A DNA stretch of 63,996 nt, counting the filler, from Dirinaria sp. TL-2023a (Eukaryota): the NCBI GenBank assembly GCA_051941275.1. It is 4 parts of 4 records of this genome, joined end to end, with 100 filler letters (N's around TTAATTAATTAA, not from the genome) between each part and the next. Parts side by side here need not be neighbours in the genome. Positions count along the whole stretch, not along the records: positions 1 to 16,431 come from JAVEBF010000489.1; positions 16,532 to 32,960 come from JAVEBF010000490.1; 2 more parts are not named here. One strand, 5' to 3'. A program made the translations under genes and the position numbers. This document shows positions 15,601 through 26,464 of the stretch, piece after piece. Below the pieces are notes generated by a model, which saw nothing but the letters and a program-made list of their open reading frames with translations, did not search any database and was not told where the DNA came from. Position 1 is the first letter of the stretch; each line of letters opens with the position of its first letter.

Positions 15601-16431
15601 TAGAAATCAACCACGCGCTCCAAGACGGAATGTCCACCCGAGTCATCTATCGCGATCTCGTGCTCGCATACGAAGGGCTCCTGTCCACAGAGCCCACACC
15701 AGGCTTCTCAGCCTACATTTCTTGGCTCTCAAAGCAAGACATCAGCCCCTCGGTCAACTACTGGAACGCGCACTTGGCAGATATCCAGCCCTGCCGCATC
15801 CCGCACCAACTGTCCCTCCCGCTCGCGACGCGGGAGAATAAATTCATCCCCCTCACCCTCCCGCAAGACCTCATCGCCCGCCTGCCCGCCTTCTGCAAAT
15901 CCAACAACCTGACCATGGCCACCGTCTTCCAAACCGCCTGGGCCTTGGTCCTCCGCACGTACACCCGTACCAAGGATATCATCTTCGGCTACATGACCGC
16001 CAACCGCGATGTCCCGATCGCCGGCATCGCCGACATCGTTGGTCCCCTCATCAATATGCTGCTCTGCCGTCTCTCAATCCCCGATTCTACGCCCCTCCCT
16101 ACCCTCCTCCGCGACGTCGCCGCAGAGTTCCTCGAGGGCGTCGAGCACCAGTATGGACTTGTGGAAGCGGTGCAGAAAACCCTGGAGAACAACCATTCCG
16201 AACAGATCTGGAATTCGGTCATGAGTCTCGAGTATGACGGAAGCAGCAGCAGCAGCGGTGGTGCTGGAAGTGCACAAGCGCTAACCTTCGACGCCGTGGG
16301 AGGCACGCGATCCCCGGAGTTCGATGTCGTGATCGGTGTCCTGATCGGTGAAGGGAAGGTCGATATCCAGCTCGGATATTGGGATCATGTAATGCAGAGG
16401 GAGTTCATGGAGGAGATGGGCAGGTCTTATC
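615..16431 (+). CDS. Tetramodular non-ribosomal peptide synthetase A-T-E-C-A-T-C-A-T-C-A-T-E(degenerate)-C, 3' truncated by gap; exons 615-5168 and 5217->16431
   Basis: Four A3 motifs FTSG(S/T)TG(T/K)PKG (~1206, 5927, 9153, 12387). Four T-domain GGDS motifs (~2484, 7164, 10422, 13638). E1 has HHVMID, EGHGRE and TVGWFTT. C motifs are NHAIVDG, HHAVYDG, HHALYDG and NHALQDG. A phase-0 intron 5169-5216 (GTAGAT..TAATAG) joins the two ORFs as DPTE|YALSV. Confidence 0.95.
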
Positions 16432-16531
16432 NNNNNNNNNNNNNNNNNNNNNNNNNNNNNNNNNNNNNNNNNNNNTTAATTAATTAANNNNNNNNNNNNN
16501 NNNNNNNNNNNNNNNNNNNNNNNNNNNNNNN
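16432..16531. other. Assembly gap / artificial linker (44 N + TTAATTAATTAA + 44 N)
   Basis: Identical 100-nt structure occurs three times; the 12-mer places stops in all six frames. Confidence 0.97.
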
Positions 16532-19031
16532 GGTCGTTCTGCTGGGGGAATTGGTGGAAGGTGACGGCATTTGGCGGTGGCTGCTGCTGATGCTGTCCTT
16601 GGACTGGCTGGTAAGACTCGGTGTTGGCTTTTGATTGCGGCATAGACGGGTACGATATGTAGCTGTCGCCAAATTGGCTATATGTGAGAACCCTGGGTTG
16701 GTTTGACAGAGCAGGATTGTTGTCAGAGGTCGATGAAAAAGCAGGCTGAGATTGTCGACTCTTCGAGCGACTGTGGGTAGACTGGCGATTCTGATCGTTG
16801 CTTGGTTTCCACGAATTGCCCGAGGCGTTCCGATTTTGCGGTGGAGACGAAGGGGCCTCGCGATTCTTACTCCTGGAGAAGATCGATGATCGTGATTTCC
16901 TGGAATCTGAAGCTTTTACCGCGTTGCTATGGTCGGCTGCAGCAGGCGTGCTCATCATGGATGCCGCCGCACTCTCTCGCATGGCTCGATCCTGAACATA
17001 AGCAGGAGGCTCCTTCACTGATGACTGCCTCGGCTGGGAGACTCGCTGAGCAGTATGTGACCATGTCGGAGTTGAGCTGGGCGGAGCTTTCTGCTCCGGG
17101 GCGTAGAAGCCTGCATTCCCTGCTGGGTTTGAAGTCTGCATTGATTCTGGTACAGACTGCTGCTGGGCCTGTGTGGATGAAGACTGTCGATGCGGTGGTC
17201 GCAAAGATGGCGTGGCTTGAGTGGAAGCAGCTTGTCGTTGCTGAGACTCTTCAGGCGGACCAAATTGATAATACGTGACTTGCTGAGGCTGCCTTGAGCG
17301 GGCAGTAGGGCTCAGATCAGCCTGGCGGTCCGCCTGACGAGATCGCGAGCCGAAAATACTACCTATTGCAGAGAACCGGTTCTTCTTCTTACTACTATCG
17401 TTCGTAGCATTGCTGGACGTCGATGCGCGCTGTAATTTGTTGCGGGTTTTGCTTGACGTGCTTGCCGGGCTGTCGATCTCTGCCAATTCGGGATCTCTAT
17501 GAGGGTTTCTTCTCATCGACCCGACTTGTGAAGATGGAGCAGGTGACCCTTCTTCGCTCTGTCCACTGTCATTTGCTTTCTCTCCGTTTCGAGAGCGGAA
17601 GAGACTATTTCTTTTCGATTTCTTCGGCGCATCAGTAGAGCTCCTCGTAGGAGTGACGAATGATTGGTCGCGTTCAATATGCTGAGACGCAGTCATTGGA
17701 CTCTTAAAAGACTTGAAGAAGCCTGAATTTCGCTTTGAATTCTCACCTAATGAATCTTCATTGTATGCACCCTTTCCAACGCCTTTGGCGCCAGACTCAA
17801 GACGTTGCTGATCTGTTTCGCTTTGATTGTCTGGCTTCCCTCGAGAAAAATGCGAAGCTGACGGGACAATGCTGCCTTGAGCGGAAGGAGTATGTGGCCT
17901 AAGTGCTGGGTGATCCTGAAGTCCAGGATCTTGAGGGGCTTGCGAGCGAGATCGTGGGCTCTGCGATGGCCGATCATTGAGGTCCGCAGCGCCAAAGTCA
18001 TGTTCTGGTCCGTAATAGACGGGTTCCCTCCGTGTTAGGGGATTTGCGATCTCTAGTGTGAATGAGTGCTGTGGTGAGACCGGCGAAGGTGGCAGATCTG
18101 CCAGGTGACGATCAGGAACGCTGTCAATGCTAGGCTCCCGAAACGCATATTCTCGTACTTCGCGCTTTGTTCGAGGATCCGATAATTCAAGGTTCAACAT
18201 TGGAATATGACCCGGCATTGCATCAGGGTACAATTGCCGCGGCGATTCCGAGAGCGAAGGCAGTGTAGGGGTGTCGTTGGGACTTTTCTTAACGTCCCGA
18301 CCGGTCTCTGGGACGGTTAAGTCCAAGGGTTGCCAGGATCGTTTTGAATTAGGGCGCGAGTCGCTGTCAGCATTGGCAGTGTGGAACGTCACATTCGAGT
18401 CTTCAGATGTTCGGCTTTCTAATGGTTGCGCATTTGCCTCTTCGCCTTTCGCTGTGTCGGGGTTATTTGAGTTGGATGAGTATCTTGACTGGGGCAATGA
18501 CAAAGGTTTCGAAGGAGATCGATCGTCAGACGCTGAACTGCCAATCGCGTTACGAAGAGAGCCAGCTTGATGTGCCAGATGTTCCTGAACGGAATTCCGG
18601 TCTCTGCTTTGCGGCGGGCTACGCAGGGTTTGCTGGGATACGTTGAAGTCTGCTTGAGTAGGTGTCGTGGTACCACTGGCGAACAAGCTCGAGTCAAATT
18701 CGTTTGACATATCCTCTAGGGCTTCTGGATGATTTCCATCTGAATGACGAGCATCTTTACTAGGCAGACTGATTTTGCTAGGATTAAGTAAAGCGCCTTG
18801 CTGCTCAGAAAATGATTGTCGTTGCTCCTTTTTTCCGCCACTGAAAGATGAGATACTCCCGTCTTGACCAAGATCTTGCGCTTTTGCTTGACGCAAAAGT
18901 TGTGCATCATCAGAATTGGAGACATAGCTACTTTGACTTGACTGGGGTTGAGGCAGAAACGATTTTGCCGGCTCATTTGCTACCTGCATTCCTCGTTTGG
19001 CTAGATCTGGGCTTGAAGGGGGCGTCGGATC
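16532..19031 (-). CDS. Ser/Pro/Gln-rich, probably disordered protein-coding exon, 3' truncated by gap; likely an alternative 3' exon of the 19300-23469 gene
   Basis: Open frame of more than 830 codons. Acceptor TTTTGCTAG ends at 19032, 14 codons upstream of and in frame with the ATG at 18989. Confidence 0.75.
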
Positions 19032-19299
19032 CTAGCAAAACACAAGAGAATCAATCACCGTCTCTCACAAAGCGGTAAAAGCAATTAGGGGTCAGGGAGA
19101 GCACTGTTCTCAACAAGCATCATCCAATACCGGAGCCATCAGCTCCGGCATCTGCTGTTTCCGGTACAAATACATGCTTCGAATGAACACATACCAAACT
19201 TGCTCCCATGCTAATGTCTCAAAAACATGTATTGCCTCTACTTTCATATCGTGCTAGACTGAGAAGTATACTGATGACTTTCACACCAAAGGAATGGGA

Positions 19300-22200
19300 T
19301 TATTTATCTACCTTGTCAGAACCACCGGCCCCCCGAAGTTTGCTTCGGCCTTTAGAGAAGAGACCCTTAGCCGCAACGTTGGCCTTACCGCCGAAGACGC
19401 CCGCAGTGTGTAGCAGATCTTTCCCTTTCGCTTGAACTTGTTGACTTGAGAGCTTATTACCGCCACCAGATGGTATGGATCCTTGTCCGAACGCCGAACT
19501 AGGAGCTTCAGAGGCATCTGATTGCGGTCCTATCGAACGGAAACCCGATAGGAGTCTAGAAGACGAAGGCTTGTGGCCCATCAAGACTGCAGGCGGGCGC
19601 CCCACGTTTGCAAGTACGTCTGCATGCTCAGGAAGCTCAGTAGTAGTAATAGCAAGCCAGTGAGCTAGTCCTGTTTCTTGCTGCGCAAACTGATCCCTAG
19701 CCTCGTTGTATCCTCGGATTCGCTCAGCGGGCGTCTTCAGTGCCAGTATTTCCCGAAAGGCAGGGATCTTAGGTTGAGCATTCGGGTGTGGAGGGGGTGG
19801 GGGGAAATCAGATTTAATTTCGAGATTGGACGGCGCATTACTCTGTGTTATTATAGGCTCCTGCTCACGCGCTTCCTGTGAACGATCTGGAGGCGGGTTC
19901 TCAGTAGCCCTAGGAGCACTTTCCATCTCGCTATCGTCATCAATTGCGTCTGCAGCATGGATTTTTTCCGTCAGCGGCTCAGAAATCTCGAGACCACCTT
20001 CGTAGGTCGGAGGCTCTAGGACTGGGTCTGGCAATGAACTTGGAAGTCCGGTGTAACCCTGGAAATCCTTCTCGCGATCGAGACGAGAATCTACAAGTGG
20101 AGTGTCTTGAATGTTTGATAGCTGCTTCGAATCAACTGCAGGCGCGGTGATTTCCTGCACTGCATCTGACGGTGCTTCTTCATTAAGGGAGGTACGCTCC
20201 CATGAAAACCGCTGCGGGGGCATTGTAGGGCGTGTGTCTGCCAGCTGGCTTTGCTGCTCCCCTGCCAATAATTGAGAACTTCCATCCTTTGACGGGGGGG
20301 CTGATGCTTCGTCCTCACCACGCTGTTGACCCGCATATGATGGTACAAGCGCCGCAATCCGTTCGCTACCAGTACGACTCGAATTTGCACTTTCTGATCC
20401 ATTCCAGTAGCTATCATACTCGCGAGGAATGACCATACTCTCATGAGCCACGCTTTGGCGACTCATTATAGCATCGACTGGTATCCTTCGCTCACCTTGG
20501 AATGGTGAATCTGATTCTGCAGTCGTTGGTTCACTAGGCATATTCGGCGTCAAACTCTTTTCGATCTCTCTTCTTAATCGGTCGCTCTCGTATCTCGAGC
20601 CAGTACCTGTCCGCAATGACAAAGGCGCAAGGATAGGTCCGTGTGGTGTGTTTTGCTCACTCCGATCGCTCAGTGCTTCGGAGGGTTTGGGCGAGTCGAC
20701 GTACTCGGAAGGCGTTTCCGGTTCATTTGAGCTTTGCAGCTTCTGACCAGGCTCAGCATCGTCAGACTTCGAGACACTGCTCTCTCGCTCAGACGTTGTA
20801 TAATCCTCATTGCTTTCAGGCTGTGATTTTCCTTCTCGGTTAAAGCCTTTGTGAGCGACTGCGGGCTCTGGGCTGCCCATTCTTGTGGTATTTGGAACAC
20901 TTGCACCTGCCATGGCACTACTATCTGCTCCCACGGTGTAGAATGGATCGTTGAGGGTTGTGTCTTCTTGCGGTGGTGTAGGCTTGCTATTTTTTGGTGT
21001 GTTTGGTGTGCCAGATTTAATCGTACCTTGAGCCTCTTGAGCCAGAAAAGTATTGCTCGTTGAATCTTTGGGTTGTTGCATAGCCGCAGAGGCATCATTC
21101 GCAAGCGTTGTATCTGTTGCTGTTGTTGGAGCATTAGAGGTATATGAGTCCCAACCTCCTGGCAGGTGAGGCCTGAAGCTCTCCATACGATCAGTCAAAG
21201 GCCTCGTAGATATGGGCAAGTCTATGCGTTGCGGGCTGGTCCTGCCAGAGCCACCTCGCTGAGATATAGACTGATCAGAGCCACGCCTGCTGTTGCTCGT
21301 GCTCTCGAATTTTCCTGCCAGATCGCGTACTCGGCTTTTGCTTGGAGATTCCGAGCGTTTACGAGAGTCGTCGGCTCGTGAGCTTACCAATGGCACATCC
21401 GTATCGTTGCGTGGCGCTATTTCTTGGCTGAGAACACCCGAATCGAAAGCCAGCTCCGTTGGAGTTGACATAGCTACCTCAGCTTCATGAGGTTGGTGAA
21501 GCTGTTTATTTACCTCCAGTGCTGGTGTCCGCGCGGGACTGTTGCCAGGGCTAGGTGTGCTCAGGTCTCTTCGGTGGCCGGGGATGAAAGTTGCGGGTGG
21601 GCTTTGATCATCTATCTTCGGAGATCGGGTTCGTGTGGGAGATGGTTTTCGAGTGAGTTGTCGTTGTGTATCCGCTGAGTCTGATGACTGTGGCCTTGGA
21701 GAAGGATCGTCCGTTTCATGAGTAGGTGTCATTGGCCTCATAGTCGAGGCGCCTTTTGGTGTTGTTGTACTTGGACCCCTGCTAATGATTGGACTAACGA
21801 CACTGGTGCCTCGGCTGGTGCTTCGTTGGACGCTCGATCCCGCTGTGGAGCTTGGTGTTGGAGGTATTTGGTCATCTGTTCTGTCAAAGGCTTGATGAAC
21901 TACAGACCGAAATCCGGACGAAGACTGGTGCTGTAGACCGGAGCTAGACTCGTTGGTAGTCCTGTCTGGGTCTTCCGGAGGACTTCCATCAGAGGGAGTG
22001 AGCTGGGTCGGGAAAGAAGTTTCTTCAGAAACGTCTCTGGCGTTTAGGAAGGAGTCACTGAATGCGGACATACGGGCAACTTCTGGTAAGATTGGCGATA
22101 AGGTATTGTGCACCACAGTTCGGGGCATTGCTTGGGTAGCACCTTCTGTGGCATCTGCCTTGGCTAACCCAAAGTCATGAGTCTGATCGGTTGCTGTTTG

Positions 22201-23469
22201 GTGGTCTCCAATATTTTCATCCAAGGCATACTCACTTTTCCGTTCCGCGACCGAATCCAATGTCATTTGCCGTGGTCGATTCGGTTCTTTAGCCTCAATG
22301 GTATTAAGTGTTTGGCTTGGTGGAGATTTCATTGTAGGGTGTGATGCGTTAGGGTCATCTTCACCCAAAACCGTATGTTTACTTTTTTCGAACTGCCCAG
22401 CACTTCCGGTGATGGCATCCATGCTCGGTCTTGGGGATTCTTGGGACTGCCTTTCCCGCTCCTGCTCTTCTTGCATGCGCCTGTAGATGTCGGCAGGCCG
22501 AACAAATGGTAATGGCTTCTCGGCATTACTACTAGAGCGCTGTCGATGGACAGACTCAGGTTCTGAGGATAGAGGAACGTTCGACATCCGGGCTGCCGGT
22601 GTCATTTGGGGCTGATTGGTCTGACTAAGACTACTTTTGCGAGGCGGATGTTGAGACATAGGTCGTGAGTCAGGCGAAGGTGAACCTCTAGTATGCAGAG
22701 GCTGAGGTAAAGCCGAAGGAGTGAAATCTCGACGATTGTGTATGTCCAGTGAAGAAGAATTGCTTGTCATCGACTGTGTTCGGCTTCCCATGCTCGGAAG
22801 TCGTGAATCCTGGGGATGCGGAAGTTCACGATAGTCCGCTGATGGACCATACGCAGAACCTGTTGGCTGAGCCGGTTGATCCGATTGAGCAAGTTCAGAC
22901 TGCCCACGTGGCTTGGGTTGCACTGGCCGCATCTGACTTGGATCGAACTGCATCGGTGGTTGAATGTTGGGTGCCTTATAGGTCTGCTCGTCCAGGTAGG
23001 ATTGTTGCTGTCGGGGTCCATCGCTTGGACTTGCCATGCCTTGTTGTAAGCCACCAGCAGAGAAAGCACGTTTTTCGTCGCCTCGATCGAACGAATTGCT
23101 TCTTACGAGACCTGTATCGACCCGGGGCTGCGGATTGGTAGCGCTGCGAGAACCAGACTGCTGTGGCCCACTCATATTGCCGTAGCTTGCCTTTCCATTG
23201 CCTACGGGACTTCGGTAGTGGTCTGTTGGACTGGCGTAAGGGTTTGGAGGTATCGAATGCGCCGACTGACCCTGTTGCCTTAGACCTGTAGGTTTCGTTG
23301 GAGGTGGTGGCTCGTCGTAGCCCCCGTACTCATCGTACTCATCAGCATCCCCCCAGTCGTCGCCATCGTATGTATACGACTTTGCTTCCACCCATCTTTT
23401 GGTCTTTGCTCGATTGACATTGGTCTTGAATGAAGGAGGTTGCGCTCCAGGCTTGGGTTGGTACGACAT
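19300..23469 (-). CDS. Large low-complexity fungal hypothetical protein (1389 aa unspliced form)
   Basis: Uninterrupted ORF. The N-terminal SFKTNVNRAKTKRWVEAKSYTYDGDDWG block, the central KPLPFVRPADIYRRM block and the C-terminal QVQAKGKDLLHTAG..AKGLFSKG block look like conserved islands; function unknown. Confidence 0.85.
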   Translation of the reverse strand: MSYQPKPGAQPPSFKTNVNRAKTKRWVEAKSYTYDGDDWGDADEYDEYGGYDEPPPPTKPTGLRQQGQSAHSIPPNPYASPTDHYRSPVGNGKASYGNMSGPQQSGSRSATNPQPRVDTGLVRSNSFDRGDEKRAFSAGGLQQGMASPSDGPRQQQSYLDEQTYKAPNIQPPMQFDPSQMRPVQPKPRGQSELAQSDQPAQPTGSAYGPSADYRELPHPQDSRLPSMGSRTQSMTSNSSSLDIHNRRDFTPSALPQPLHTRGSPSPDSRPMSQHPPRKSSLSQTNQPQMTPAARMSNVPLSSEPESVHRQRSSSNAEKPLPFVRPADIYRRMQEEQERERQSQESPRPSMDAITGSAGQFEKSKHTVLGEDDPNASHPTMKSPPSQTLNTIEAKEPNRPRQMTLDSVAERKSEYALDENIGDHQTATDQTHDFGLAKADATEGATQAMPRTVVHNTLSPILPEVARMSAFSDSFLNARDVSEETSFPTQLTPSDGSPPEDPDRTTNESSSGLQHQSSSGFRSVVHQAFDRTDDQIPPTPSSTAGSSVQRSTSRGTSVVSPIISRGPSTTTPKGASTMRPMTPTHETDDPSPRPQSSDSADTQRQLTRKPSPTRTRSPKIDDQSPPATFIPGHRRDLSTPSPGNSPARTPALEVNKQLHQPHEAEVAMSTPTELAFDSGVLSQEIAPRNDTDVPLVSSRADDSRKRSESPSKSRVRDLAGKFESTSNSRRGSDQSISQRGGSGRTSPQRIDLPISTRPLTDRMESFRPHLPGGWDSYTSNAPTTATDTTLANDASAAMQQPKDSTSNTFLAQEAQGTIKSGTPNTPKNSKPTPPQEDTTLNDPFYTVGADSSAMAGASVPNTTRMGSPEPAVAHKGFNREGKSQPESNEDYTTSERESSVSKSDDAEPGQKLQSSNEPETPSEYVDSPKPSEALSDRSEQNTPHGPILAPLSLRTGTGSRYESDRLRREIEKSLTPNMPSEPTTAESDSPFQGERRIPVDAIMSRQSVAHESMVIPREYDSYWNGSESANSSRTGSERIAALVPSYAGQQRGEDEASAPPSKDGSSQLLAGEQQSQLADTRPTMPPQRFSWERTSLNEEAPSDAVQEITAPAVDSKQLSNIQDTPLVDSRLDREKDFQGYTGLPSSLPDPVLEPPTYEGGLEISEPLTEKIHAADAIDDDSEMESAPRATENPPPDRSQEAREQEPIITQSNAPSNLEIKSDFPPPPPHPNAQPKIPAFREILALKTPAERIRGYNEARDQFAQQETGLAHWLAITTTELPEHADVLANVGRPPAVLMGHKPSSSRLLSGFRSIGPQSDASEAPSSAFGQGSIPSGGGNKLSSQQVQAKGKDLLHTAGVFGGKANVAAKGLFSKGRSKLRGAGGSDKVDK

Positions 23470-24432
23470 GTTGGCAGGATGTTAATGGGACGTCGGAGGA
23501 AGAAGAGATGGGAAGTGGGAGCTGCAATAGACAGGCTTCAAAAACAAGCAGGAAAGGTATGTCGAGAAGTTCATCAGCCGTCTACGGCAACTGGGAGCCC
23601 GCGTAAGCATCCGTGCTATGACGATGGAGATTGAAGCCTTTAACCGAGCAATGGTGACAAATCGCTGCCTGCCGGTGATAGTGATCAATTTGCAGAGAGA
23701 GGAAGTAAGCACTTCCTCAGACTCCTCCACGTCGCATCGAGCGATCAGTACAGTAGATATTGCCGCGGGATCGACGAGTTGGCCTCACTCGCTGCGCCAC
23801 GATATGATGTGGATCACGGGTGGTATAGCAGGAGGTGGAAGAGCCAGTCGCTCGGAAGACTGCTTTCAGACCCGAGCTCGCAACTCCTCAAGTGACCATG
23901 ATCGGACCGTATTTTGGTAAATTATTACGGTGAGGTCTGAAGTTGAAGTGGCATAGCCTCGAAATCTGAAGGCGGCACTAGCGGCGAACCGATCAATCCC
24001 TGTCCCCTTTTCCCGGTTGCCGTCACGTGGAGGAGAAGCTTAATTGAATAATGTACATAAGGTACACTTGATACAGTACCGAGTACTTTACCTTAGCTTT
24101 ATTATTTCTTGACACCGTTGACCGTTGACCGTTCAGCCCATGAAAAGCTTCAGTCCACGCCTACACTACGACCAAGGTGCTCCTTCATACATCTAAGTCT
24201 TTCCTCAATCATCAATCACTTATCTTGCGCCGTCTCCCCCCTCCTGTTTCAAGGCTAGCATCATCTTTCCCGCAACATTCGAGGAAGTGCTCCGTCACCT
24301 TCGCCCTCTGCATTCAAAGGTTGGCAGCAGAGCCAAGGCGAAACTCTCCATCGGTCTACAGCAACGAGACTCCAATTTGATGGGAGCGTAGAGGAGGAAC
24401 TTTGGTCGAAGAAGCCTAGATATCCGCATACT

Positions 24433-25726
24433 ATGGTCACAGCCTCGATACAAGACCGAACGGCAGAGTTCAGGGCTGTTCTAGCTCAGGCGCAGAAAAA
24501 GCAGTCGTCAAAAAGACTTGGCGCACAACACCAATCTTTACTATCGGACTCACAGAGAAGAGCAGCGAATGGATCTCCAAATGGTGAAGCGAAGGAGGGC
24601 AAGAAGGGCGCGAGATCAGAATTCGCAAGAAAGGCCGCCGAGATAGGGCGAGGCATAACAGGGGCCATGGATAAGCTGGAGCGACTTGCACAACGTATGT
24701 ACTGCTTGCCCCGCCACTTGTGCAATCCAGTAAGCTTCGGGTCTGCTCATCATTTTCTGGAGTACAGTGGCACGGAAAAAAACACTCTTCGATGACCGAC
24801 CTGTTGAGATTGCCGAGCTCACATACGTTATAAAGCAAGACCTCGCATCGTTGAACTCGCAAATATCTTCATTGCAATCTCTATCAAAGTCACAACATCC
24901 TCAGTCAAACACCGGAGGTGCCAAGCAGGAGGGCGAGCACAGGGAGAACGTATGTCACATACCGTCGCGACTGTTCTAAACCTTCATTATGATGTTGAAT
25001 CAGTATCTAGGTTGTGGTGCTTCTGCAAGGTAAATTAGCCGACGTCGGCGTCAATTTCAAAGAAGTCCTTGAAGTCCGCACAAAAAACATACAGGCATCT
25101 CGCTCCCGAACAGAAAATTTTGTCTCCTCCGTCTCACAGCATGCTCAACCCGCCTTCGACTCACAGCAGTCCGCCTCGCCCCTTTACAACACTCCTACCA
25201 AATCGAGAACACCGCAGCCTGGCTACCAGAATTCCAACCCAGATATCCTGAACCTTGATCCATCATCATCTTCGTCTGCCTTGAGCAGAACTGGGCCACA
25301 ATCTGATCAACAGTTATTGATAATGGAGGAGGCACAGCCCACGAATACTTATATCAACATGCGAGGGGAAGCCATTGATACCATTGAAAAGACAATCAAT
25401 GAGCTTGGAAGCGTGTTCGGTCAATTGGCGGCTATGGTATCGGAACAAGGGTACGGCGACAGCCATCTGTCGCGCGAACTAGTGCTAACAGCATAACAGG
25501 GAGCAGATCCAACGAATAGATGCAAATACGGAAGACGTGGTTGACAACGTCGAAGGCGCACAACGAGAATTAATGAAGTATTGGTCACGTGTGTCTGGTA
25601 ACAGGTGGCTTGTTGCGAAGATGTTTGGTGTCTTGATGGTATTTTCTGCAACGTTCTACCGCAAAATGTTTCCAGCTAATAAGTCACCAGATATTCTTCC
25701 TCCTATGGGTTCTCATCGCGGGATAG
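24433..25726 (+). CDS. SED5: cis-Golgi t-SNARE syntaxin-5 (Sed5); exons 24433-24694, 24768-24949, 25011-25450, 25500-25638, 25691-25726
   Basis: N-terminal IQDRTAEF Sly1-binding peptide, SEFARKAAEIG, KTLFDDRPVEI, SNARE motif RGEAIDTIEKTINELG..EQGEQIQRID and a C-terminal TM helix. All introns are GT-AG and keep frame. Confidence 0.95.
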
Positions 25727-26464
25727 ATGAAAGCCTAGTGGATCGCGACTTGCATATCCCCCGGCGCTCTTCCCGTAGCCTGCATTTAGACGCGCCAAGG
25801 GCGTCCAAATTAGAATTGTACAACAATATATAGCTAATGGAAACTCAGCATCAAGTTCAACGGCTTGAATTCCGTCTCGTCATATCCGTCCAAGATTCTC
25901 TACTGAAAGAGCCAGCCTAGCACATTGAGTAGGGACAGGCAACGCAGGTGTAGAAGATTATGGCCTGTGTTACTGAATTACAACTATCTTCGTCCTCGAC
26001 GCATGTGCATAGCTTTGTGGGAATTACTAGCTCTTTCTGTCGTCTACGAACACCTCACTGAATGTGATTCCAAAACTATCAAAGCATGTAATAAAAACTT
26101 CCTGTCTTGGCTTAGGCAGCACTTGATACCACGGGCAGATCATAAGGCTCTTGAATTTGAGAAGCAGCAATTCGCTTTGGAAATATCTCGAGGTCTAACC
26201 AACCATGTCTGATTTTCAGCCCCAGGTTATTACATTACTAGACTCGTATCTACCTTAGGTACTGACGCGAAGATTAACCCTAGAAACCTAATTAATGTAG
26301 GGTTAGGAGCACATGTACCTTGACATCACATAAGGTAGGTACTTCAGAGTATTTTATGTCAGTAGCCACGGTCAGGAGGTCCCTGATGTAATCGTTCGAT
26401 TTCACAGTCTCTTGTGCCTAGAGGCAGTATCTATGCCCGTGTTCAGCTCTAACACAGCCTTAGG

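Noticed and set aside
16476..16487. TTAATTAATTAA as a biological palindrome or insertion site
   Set aside because: It sits centred in fixed-length N runs three times, so it is a synthetic linker.
24111..24135. (GACCGTT)x3 repeat and nearby TCACGTG upstream of SED5
   Set aside because: Too short to distinguish from chance.
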